Assembly: GCA_036381715.1 (NCBI GenBank)
Contig: DASVCH010000122.1
Location: forward strand, 4 to 64,003
Reading direction: 5' to 3'
Source: Gammaproteobacteria bacterium
GTDB taxonomy: Bacteria > Pseudomonadota > Gammaproteobacteria > Natronospirales > JAJUFS01
Length of the DNA: 64,000 nucleotides
In this document: piece by piece, positions 9,771-15,997 of the stretch
Position numbering within the stretch: the first letter of the stretch is position 1
Layout of the letters: each line of letters starts with the position of its first letter
Translations under genes and position numbers: made by a program
The notes under the pieces: model-generated
The model's input: the letters and a program-made list of their open reading frames with translations, nothing else
Told to the model about the DNA's origin: nothing
Database searches by the model: none

Positions 9771-9954
9771 GAATACAACGTGTTGAATGAACCGGGAATC
9801 CGGTGAACGCAAAAATCCGCTCCCGGAGGCCGGGCGCGGTGCGAGGCGCGATTATACCTGCTCACGGGAGGATGGTCAGGGGTTGCGGAGTTAGTTGGGA
9901 TGTCGGATAACCGGCACAGGGGGTGAATCCTGGGCAAACGAGAGAGACATTCTT

Positions 9955-10473
9955 ATGAGCGAATCAAACGAAGAAGTGGGTCAGCGTATTCAAGAGAAAT
10001 TCCAGTTCTATCTGTTAGGATTGACCTTCACATTGCTTGGTCTATCGGTACAGACCGCAAATTTCGGTGAGTCATTTGTGGCGGGCATTCTTGAACTTAG
10101 CGCTTGGACGCTGTTGTTCATTTCTGCTCTTGCACAAGCTTACAATCTTGAAAGAGCCCCGCATATTTACAAGCTCTTCGATGTGCATAACAACGTTAAA
10201 CAAGATCAGAAGGAATTCCAGGATTTGAAAATGAAAGGAACTTCGAGTGTGACTGTGAGGCAGACGCGCGAAATAATGGATATTGATGAAGTGATACGAA
10301 ACGTGACTACAAAAGTCAGTGCAGTCGATGCCGCAGTCAAAAGTCTAGAGGAAAAAATTCATATATCGTATCGAATTCACCGATACGGATTTGTTGTTGG
10401 CGTGGCTATGCTGCTTCTTGCGCGAGCTTGGATTCCGGCTCAAGAGATATTTTTATATCTACTTCGCGGCTAG
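9955..10473 (+). CDS. hypothetical membrane protein: 2 N-terminal TM helices, a charged helical segment, then 1 C-terminal TM helix
   Basis: ORF 9895..10473 trimmed to ATG 9955 (MSESNEEVGQ). Hydrophobic stretches are FYLLGLTFTLLGLSV, FVAGILELSAWTLLFISALAQA and YGFVVGVAMLLLARAWI. AT-rich codon usage unlike its neighbours. Confidence 0.6.
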   Translation: MSESNEEVGQRIQEKFQFYLLGLTFTLLGLSVQTANFGESFVAGILELSAWTLLFISALAQAYNLERAPHIYKLFDVHNNVKQDQKEFQDLKMKGTSSVTVRQTREIMDIDEVIRNVTTKVSAVDAAVKSLEEKIHISYRIHRYGFVVGVAMLLLARAWIPAQEIFLYLLRG

Positions 10474-10591
10474 AGCAGATCGGGTGATAGCAACGGTTTG
10501 CCATTTTTTCGATTTTCGGTGGATTATGCTTGCGCTTATCTACCCTGGGCTCCCTAGATTTATCCTTCTGGAACGACCTAACGTGAAAGCG

Positions 10592-11002
10592 ATGAACAGG
10601 CTGATTGCTCTACGTAAACACTGGCTTACCATGAATGCTGTCGGTGATTTTTCTGGCAGCAACATAGATACTGCAGCATCACCCTTTTTTCTATTACAAG
10701 ATGGAAGCAACTTCGATGAGCGATTTCTTCGCCTGAGTGTTTGGTTAGGTCTGCTGTTTGTAGTCGTCGAAGGATATCTTGAACTTAAATTGAACGACGC
10801 AAGAATCGACGCGTTCCTTGCGCACAAAAATCGCGTCGGCGAACTACGGCTTTTCCGGAACTGTATTTTCCATTATCAGAAAGACGTCCAAGACCCACGT
10901 CTGCAGAAGTTCCTCGGTCGCGAAGCTTGTATGGGCTGGGCGCACGAACTGAGCCGCGCTATTGGACAATTGCTTGAGCGGGAACTTCAGCGATATAGGT
11001 AG
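10592..11002 (+). CDS. hypothetical small protein with a HEPN-like R-N-x3-H motif
   Basis: ORF 10391..11002; starts are possible at 10526 or 10592 (MNRLIALRKHW). LFRNCIFHYQ at codons 10856-10873 fits the HEPN Rx4-6H signature, placed before the last predicted helix of a helical domain of about 136 aa. Confidence 0.5.
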   Translation: MNRLIALRKHWLTMNAVGDFSGSNIDTAASPFFLLQDGSNFDERFLRLSVWLGLLFVVVEGYLELKLNDARIDAFLAHKNRVGELRLFRNCIFHYQKDVQDPRLQKFLGREACMGWAHELSRAIGQLLERELQRYR

Positions 11003-11023
11003 GACCTACGGCTGCCAGTCGCT

Positions 11024-11236
11024 TTATCTCGAATACAACTCTCTGATTTCAACTCGTAATGCCTTCGCCAGTAAAGCGACTTCATCATCCGTTACGCGTC
11101 TTACCTGCGATTCGATCTTTGCCAGCGTTCCTCTCGTGATTTCCCACTTGAGCAGATTGCAGCGCGCGACGAGATCGCCTTGGGTCAATCCCTGCGTTTC
11201 CCGGATTTTTCTGACTTGCGGTCCGACAACGTTCAT
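11024..11236 (-). CDS. XRE-family helix-turn-helix transcriptional regulator
   Basis: MNVVGPQVRKIRETQGLTQGDLVARCNLLKWEITRGTLAKIESQVRRVTDDEVALLAKAL is a classic HTH_3 pattern. ORF 11024..11308 trimmed to ATG 11236. Confidence 0.85.
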   Translation of the reverse strand: MNVVGPQVRKIRETQGLTQGDLVARCNLLKWEITRGTLAKIESQVRRVTDDEVALLAKALRVEIRELYSR

Positions 11237-11244
11237 GAACGATT

Positions 11245-11260
11245 GCTCCGATTTCGGAGC
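11245..11260. promoter_or_regulatory. 16-bp palindromic operator candidate, GCTCCGA-TT-TCGGAGC
   Basis: 7-bp perfect inverted arms. Located 9 nt upstream of the XRE start codon, abutting a TTGATT -35-like hexamer for the divergent symE-like gene. Confidence 0.6.
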
Positions 11261-11290
11261 TTGATTTTGTCGTTTCAAATCCGCCAGAAT

Positions 11291-11306
11291 GCTCCGATAT
11301 CGGAGC
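11291..11306. promoter_or_regulatory. 16-bp perfect palindrome, GCTCCGATATCGGAGC (second operator candidate)
   Basis: Same 7-bp arms as 11245-11260, with centres 46 bp apart. Lies directly after a CAGAAT -10-like hexamer and 14 nt before the symE-like ATG. Confidence 0.6.
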
Positions 11307-11319
11307 AAAGAGTTTTAGG

Positions 11320-11574
11320 ATGCAATCAAAACGGAAATTAAAGGTCAGACGGGCGTTTTCGGCCAAGGTGCGGCCGTCCGTTCAGTTGTCGGGCAAGTGG
11401 CTTGAGCGTGCAGGTTTCCAGGTCGGACAACCGATCGAGGTGTTGGTTCGGAAGCAGCGGCTACTGGTTCGGATTGCCGCGCCGGAAAGAAATGACGGGG
11501 GATCCGAATCCAATCTGCGGAAACTGGATTCGCCGGGTACGGCGAATGACGGCAACCTGCGTCTGAAGAGGTAG
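11320..11574 (+). CDS. SymE-like / AbrB-fold (SpoVT-AbrB) small protein
   Basis: VQLSGKWLERAGFQVGQPIEVLVRKQRLLVRI matches the SymE core pattern (L-x-G-x-W-L-E-x-A-G-F-x-x-G-x-x-V-x-V). Confidence 0.6.
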   Translation: MQSKRKLKVRRAFSAKVRPSVQLSGKWLERAGFQVGQPIEVLVRKQRLLVRIAAPERNDGGSESNLRKLDSPGTANDGNLRLKR

Positions 11575-11581
11575 CAAATCC

Positions 11582-11776
11582 ATGCAATACACAATCATCG
11601 TTGAACAGGGTGCGGAAAGCTGGGGTGCTTACGTTCCAGACTTGCCGGGATGCATTGCAGTTGGCGAAAGCCGGGCAGAAGTGCTGAGCCTCATCCATGA
11701 AGCGATGGAATTCCACCTGGAAGGCTTGAGAGACGCGGGCGAACCGGTTCCGAAATCAGATTCCTTCAGCGCGTAG
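11582..11776 (+). CDS. HicB-family (UPF0150) antitoxin-like protein with no DNA-binding extension
   Basis: MQYTIIVEQGAESWGAYVPDLPGCIAVGESRAEVLSLIHEAMEFHLEGLRDAGEPVP is the typical HicB N-terminal domain. The gene starts 7 nt after the symE-like stop and has a GAAGAGG RBS. Confidence 0.8.
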   Translation: MQYTIIVEQGAESWGAYVPDLPGCIAVGESRAEVLSLIHEAMEFHLEGLRDAGEPVPKSDSFSA

Positions 11777-11880
11777 GTTGGGGTGAATGGACGCGGTCCC
11801 GGTACTCCGGGAGCGAACCCCAACACGAACAAGCTGCGGGTCCATGTTTGTTGGGGTTCGCGCTGCTCACCCCAACCTAC
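11773..11880. repeat. Nested palindromic element built on four GTTGGGG/CCCCAAC cores
   Basis: Outer perfect 14-bp inverted repeat: GTAGGTTGGGGTGA (11773-11786) and TCACCCCAACCTAC (11867-11880). Inner perfect 13-bp inverted repeat: GCGAACCCCAACA (11813-11825) and TGTTGGGGTTCGC (11849-11861). Confidence 0.9.
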
Positions 11881-11886
11881 AGGGAA

Positions 11887-11932
11887 ATCCTGTTAATCCT
11901 GAAAAATCCTGTGAATCCTGTCCATTGCTTTT
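11887..11932. repeat. 46-bp REP-like element containing four spaced AATCCTG units (copy 1)
   Basis: ATCCTGTTAATCCTGAAAAATCCTGTGAATCCTGTCCATTGCTTTT. The reverse complement of 52500-52545 matches it with 3 mismatches. Confidence 0.9.
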
Positions 11933-11938
11933 GCTGTT

Positions 11939-13798
11939 CTACCCGTTACTCACCCGCAACCGCATGTCCGTCACCGCCTGGTGATGCACCAGCGCGGGAT
12001 GCTCCTTGATCCAGTCGGCGAGTTGTTCGCGCGCGTAGCGGTAGCCGATTTCCACGAGTTCGTCGAAGCGGTCCCACGCGAGCAGGTCGAAGCCGCCGAT
12101 GGGCGGATTGAGGTACAGGTCGGCCGCCGCTTTCGCGGCTTCGAGTTCGCGCCGGCTGGAGAGCATGGTCGCTTTCAATGCAACACGATGCACGATGGGC
12201 GCGGGATATGGATCCTGCTGGTAGTCGCTGTAGTTCCGGATGTATTCCCAGGCGCCGGGCAGCGCATCGCGGGTGTAGATCATGTCGTCTTCGGCGGTGA
12301 GGTCCGCGGCGATGACGAGTCCGTTGCATTGCCGGCGCATGACTTCGACCGGCAGGTTGTCGAGGATGCCGCCGTCGATGAGCAGTTCGCCGTTCTCGAT
12401 CGCCGGCGGGAAGATGCCCGGCAGCGATGCGCTGGCGCGCTGCGCTTTCCACATCGGGCCGGTGCGGTGCACGTGCTCGCAGTTTTTTGAAATGTTGCTC
12501 GAAACGGCGAAGTAGCGCAGCCACAGGTCCGGAATTTCGATCTCGCCGAAATGCTTTCTCAGGCCCTGTTCCATGCGCTCGCCCTGCAGCAGGCCCATCA
12601 CCGGCAGCGTGTAGTCGCTCATCGGACGTTCGGACACGAATGCCTGCCGGTAGGCGCGCAGCATTTTCAGGTTGTCCCAGCCGAGCGCGACGCCGCCCGC
12701 GACGATCGCGCCGATGCTGGTGCCGCCGACCATGTCGACCGGAATGCCGGCTTCCCGAAGCGCGCGAATGACGCCGATGTGCGCGAAGCCGCGCGCGCCG
12801 CCACCGGCCAGCACGAGCCCGACGGCGTTGCCGGAAAGAAATCTTGCAAGGCGGAAGTAGCCGACGTCGCGTCCCTCGACGACGTGATGGTGCTCGGAAA
12901 CGCGAAGCGCGTTCAGCCAGTCGCTGGTGCCGGCGGGTGCGCGCGAGGCATCGGCGTGCAGCAGCACGAGCTCCGCCGGCGGCATGGCGGCGCCTTTCGG
13001 CAGGCGGGCGGCCAGTGCGTTCGCCGCGCGTTGCGGTTCGGAACCCGCGCGCGCGACCAGCAGTACGCGATCGGCGTACGTGAGACATTTCGCGGTCCAC
13101 GCCGTCGGCGCCGCATCCGCCTGCAGGACGGCGTAATCGTGGTCCGCCTCGACGGCGTCCAGGAATTGCTCGAGCTGGATGGCGGCGCCGTCAGCCTTGA
13201 TGCCCATGCCGGGGCCAAGCCGCGCGGCGGCGCTGCGGGGATCGACCAGTGCGGCCGTGCCGAAACGCAGCAGCGCGAGTTGCAGGCGCGAGGCGAAGGC
13301 GTAGGCGTCGACGTCCTCGTCCAGCGGCACCACGGCGACCAGGCCGAGGCGCGCATCGTCCGCGTGATCGCGTTGCTGGGTGCCGGCGAGACGCTCGATG
13401 ATGAAACGCGCCAGCGTGCGGCTCACCTGCGGATACCGTTCGGTCACCGCTTCGAAACGCGCCTGCGAGAGGTGCGCGAGCGTGCTGTCGCGCCGCGCGA
13501 CCACGGTGGCGCCGCGCTGGCCGCCGGTGAACAGCGCGATTTCACCCACCACGTCGCCCGGACCGAGATCGCCCACGTGCCGCTCGCCGCCGTTGCCGTC
13601 GTCGAGGTTCACCGCCAGCCGCCCGGTGAGCAGGATGTGCATGCCGTCGCCGGGCTCATACTGGCGATAGAGATTTTCGCCGCGTGCGATGTGAACGATT
13701 TCCAGTGCGTCTTCGATTTCGGCCATCAAGGCGTCGGAGGCATCGCCGAAGATCCGCACCGCCGCCTGGCGGAGCGCTTCCCGCGCGCGGGGGTTCAT
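11939..13798 (-). CDS. cyclic-nucleotide-binding domain / patatin-like phospholipase fusion (NTE-like architecture)
   Basis: N-terminal cNMP-binding signature GDVVGEIALFTGGQRGATVVA. Patatin motifs GLVLAGGGARGFAHIGV (oxyanion), GGTSIGA (G-x-S-x-G) and LIDGGILDNLP (catalytic Asp). Confidence 0.88.
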   Translation of the reverse strand: MNPRAREALRQAAVRIFGDASDALMAEIEDALEIVHIARGENLYRQYEPGDGMHILLTGRLAVNLDDGNGGERHVGDLGPGDVVGEIALFTGGQRGATVVARRDSTLAHLSQARFEAVTERYPQVSRTLARFIIERLAGTQQRDHADDARLGLVAVVPLDEDVDAYAFASRLQLALLRFGTAALVDPRSAAARLGPGMGIKADGAAIQLEQFLDAVEADHDYAVLQADAAPTAWTAKCLTYADRVLLVARAGSEPQRAANALAARLPKGAAMPPAELVLLHADASRAPAGTSDWLNALRVSEHHHVVEGRDVGYFRLARFLSGNAVGLVLAGGGARGFAHIGVIRALREAGIPVDMVGGTSIGAIVAGGVALGWDNLKMLRAYRQAFVSERPMSDYTLPVMGLLQGERMEQGLRKHFGEIEIPDLWLRYFAVSSNISKNCEHVHRTGPMWKAQRASASLPGIFPPAIENGELLIDGGILDNLPVEVMRRQCNGLVIAADLTAEDDMIYTRDALPGAWEYIRNYSDYQQDPYPAPIVHRVALKATMLSSRRELEAAKAAADLYLNPPIGGFDLLAWDRFDELVEIGYRYAREQLADWIKEHPALVHHQAVTDMRLRVSNG

Positions 13799-14982
13799 GG
13801 CAATTCCCCGGCAGTCTCCCTGCGCGGCTTCCCGTGCGCGTCTTTCGTCGTGGCAATTTCGCCCGATGACGCGCGACGCACGGCGTCCAGCGCGCCTTCA
13901 AGAATGCCGCCCCAGAGCTCGTAACTGAACCGCCGCGCGTGCATCAGTCCGCCAATGGCCGGACCGCGATGAATGGCGAACGCGAAGGGCAGGGCGACGC
14001 CGTCGTTGTGACGCTGCGATTCCGCGCGCTGCGTGGCGAATGCGCGCATCTCCCGGCCTGCCAACTCGGCGTCGGCGGATTTTTCCGGATCGGGCGCGCC
14101 CGCGGCGGCGAGCCAGGTTTCGCCGAAGACGCGCCAGGGCTCGAGGCCGTGACGCTGGGCGATCTCGTCGAAGGATTTGAGACAGTGGTTCAGTTCCGCC
14201 AGCACCGCGTTCGCGCCGTGAGCGGAAACAGCTTCATCGAGACCGCTGACGCGTGCCGCCAGCAAGGTCACTTCCCGGTACTCGCCCGGCGCCGGTTCGC
14301 GGCCGGCCTGCACGTCGTTCACCAGCGCGCCCGGCAGCAGCGCCCACAACAGGCCGTCGGACTTGCGCTTCTCGATTTCAAGATCGGCTTTCTGGCGGCG
14401 GACTTCATGACGGGATGCGCGCAGCAGCCGCGCGCGGCGGTTGGCGACGGAGGCGAACATGATGAAGTAGAAAAGCAGGAACACCGTGGCGACGATGTCC
14501 ATGATCACGAGATCGCCGGCGGGCGAGGGAATCCCCCAGGCCCACGCCGGCAGCGCGATGGCGAGCCCGCTGCTGGCCACGCACGCGGCCATGAGCCGGG
14601 CGCCGCCGAGCGCCATGCCGTTGGCGAGCGCGACGGTCAAAAGCGACAGCATCACGACGTCCGAGAACGCGACGATGTACACGCTGGAACCGAGGATGAA
14701 CGCGTCGACAAGAACGCTCGCGTACTCCAGGCGCTTGCGCGCTTCGATGCGCACGGAGAGGTAACGGGATACGTGGGGATAGATCAGCGCCAGGCCGAGC
14801 AGGAAAAGATGCCAGCCACGAACGCCGCCGAATTCGAACAGGTACAGCCCGCTGACCGCAATGCAGGTTCCCGTACCCAGCAGGCGCATGGGATACAGCG
14901 CCGATCCGAAGCTGCCGCGAGAAGGCAGCGGCGCGTTGCCGGCCTGATCGTTGTTCGCCGTCGAAACCGCTGTTGTCGCCAT
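13795..14982 (-). CDS. polytopic membrane protein with a C-terminal class III nucleotidyl-cyclase homology domain that appears catalytically degenerate
   Basis: About 6 TM helices (MASE2-like by eye), a coiled linker, then LLWALLPGALV...EVTLLAARVSGLD...RVFGETWLAAAGAP...AFAIHRGPAIGGL...YELWGGILEGALDAV. This aligns to the cyclase core but lacks the two metal Asp and the Asn/Arg pair. Its stop overlaps the patatin start (ATGA). An alternative start is at 15006. Confidence 0.7.
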   Translation of the reverse strand: MATTAVSTANNDQAGNAPLPSRGSFGSALYPMRLLGTGTCIAVSGLYLFEFGGVRGWHLFLLGLALIYPHVSRYLSVRIEARKRLEYASVLVDAFILGSSVYIVAFSDVVMLSLLTVALANGMALGGARLMAACVASSGLAIALPAWAWGIPSPAGDLVIMDIVATVFLLFYFIMFASVANRRARLLRASRHEVRRQKADLEIEKRKSDGLLWALLPGALVNDVQAGREPAPGEYREVTLLAARVSGLDEAVSAHGANAVLAELNHCLKSFDEIAQRHGLEPWRVFGETWLAAAGAPDPEKSADAELAGREMRAFATQRAESQRHNDGVALPFAFAIHRGPAIGGLMHARRFSYELWGGILEGALDAVRRASSGEIATTKDAHGKPRRETAGELP

Positions 14983-15060
14983 GATCACTCCCCCCTGGAG
15001 CAACAATTTTCCGACGGCAATATTACATATCTTGTTGACGCCTGCACCTTCTCCCGGTTC

Positions 15061-15088
15061 AAAAGAAAAGGCGGCCTTCGGCCGCCTT
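15061..15088 (-). terminator. rho-independent terminator after aguB
   Basis: On the minus strand: GGCGGCC-GAAG-GGCCGCC followed by TTTTCTTTT. Confidence 0.75.
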
Positions 15089-15108
15089 CCTTCTACTTAT
15101 GTATCCGC

Positions 15109-15996
15109 TCAATCCCGGTACCGCTTGATCATGTCGCCGTAGGCGTCAATCCGCCGGTCGCGCAAAAACGGCCAGATGCGGCGCACGTCTTCGGAACGCT
15201 TCATGTTCACGTCGGCAACAAGCACGGTCGCTTCATCGGTCGGCGCCTCGGCGAGGATCTCGCCCTGCGGCCCCGCGATGAAACTCGAACCCCAGAAGGT
15301 GATTCCCGACGTCACGCCGGAAGGATCGTCTTCATGGCCGACGCGGTTGCACGAAAGCACGGGCAGGCCGTTGGCAACGGCGTGTCCGCGCTGGCTGATG
15401 ATCCACGCATCGCGCTGCCGCGCCTGCTCGTCCTTCGCGTCTTCGTCCACCCAGCCGATGGCGGTGGGATATAAAAGGAGTTCGGCGCCGGCGAGCGCCA
15501 TGAGACGCGCGCCTTCCGGATACCACTGGTCCCAGCACACCAGCACGCCGAGCTTGCCGACAGAGGTCTGGATGGGCTCGAAGCCGAGATCGCCCGGCGT
15601 GAAATAGAACTTCTCGTAGTAGCCGGGATCGTCGGGAATGTGCATCTTGCGGTACTTGCCCGCGATGGTTCCGTCCTTCTCGAGCACGACGGCGGTGTTG
15701 TGATACAGCCCCGGCGCGCGGCGCTCGAACAATGATGCGACGATGACGACGCCAAGCGCTTTCGCAAGTTTTCCGAGCGCATCCGTGCTCGGTCCCGGAA
15801 TGGTTTCGGCGAGATCGAACACCGTGGTGTCTTCGGTCTGGCAGAAGTACGGGCCGAGGTGCAGTTCCTGCAGCAGCACCAGCTTCGCGCCTTTCGACGC
15901 CGCTTCGCGCACGCCGTCCATGCTCACGTTCAGGTTGTGTTCGCCGTCGTCGTTGCAGTGCTGCTGCACGAGGCCGACCTTCAATAGCTTGCTCAT
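15109..15996 (-). CDS. aguB: N-carbamoylputrescine amidase (CN-hydrolase)
   Basis: LKVGLVQQHC...LVLLQELH...VLVCWDQWYPE carries the Glu-Lys-Cys triad context. Paired with agmatine deiminase. ATG 15996 has a GAAGGTG RBS; GTG 16005 is an alternative start. Confidence 0.9.
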   Translation of the reverse strand: MSKLLKVGLVQQHCNDDGEHNLNVSMDGVREAASKGAKLVLLQELHLGPYFCQTEDTTVFDLAETIPGPSTDALGKLAKALGVVIVASLFERRAPGLYHNTAVVLEKDGTIAGKYRKMHIPDDPGYYEKFYFTPGDLGFEPIQTSVGKLGVLVCWDQWYPEGARLMALAGAELLLYPTAIGWVDEDAKDEQARQRDAWIISQRGHAVANGLPVLSCNRVGHEDDPSGVTSGITFWGSSFIAGPQGEILAEAPTDEATVLVADVNMKRSEDVRRIWPFLRDRRIDAYGDMIKRYRD

Positions 15997-15997
15997 G

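Noticed and set aside
6360-9806. A 1148-aa ORF antisense to mfd, and similar giant antisense ORFs at 334-1710, 19862-22321, 26207-28444, 33071-35782, 42803-44380, 50139-52352 and 57775-60189.
   Set aside because: They are typical shadow ORFs of GC-rich DNA. Their translations are Arg/Ala/Gly/His-rich with no recognisable motifs, while the opposite strand encodes unmistakable conserved proteins.
9812-9954. tRNA-like T-arm string (GGGGTGAATCCTGGG) as a possible tRNA-fragment integration site.
   Set aside because: No cloverleaf can be drawn around it, and the string differs from GGTTCGAATCC. It is more simply related to the AATCCTG repeat family.
11773-11880. Integron attC site following a gene cassette, suggested by the GTTGGGG / CCCCAAC cores.
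   Set aside because: The cores do not fit GTTRRRY/RYYYAAC at the last position. The outer arms are in the wrong order for an attC site. No intI gene or cassette array is visible.
11939-15006. Calling the cyclase plus cNMP-binding patatin pair a bona fide Pycsar or CBASS defence system.
   Set aside because: Pycsar needs an active pyrimidine cyclase and CBASS needs a CD-NTase. This cyclase-homology domain appears to lack both metal-binding Asp residues and the Asn/Arg pair, and it has a large membrane domain. I therefore report it as an unexplained coupled pair rather than as a known system.
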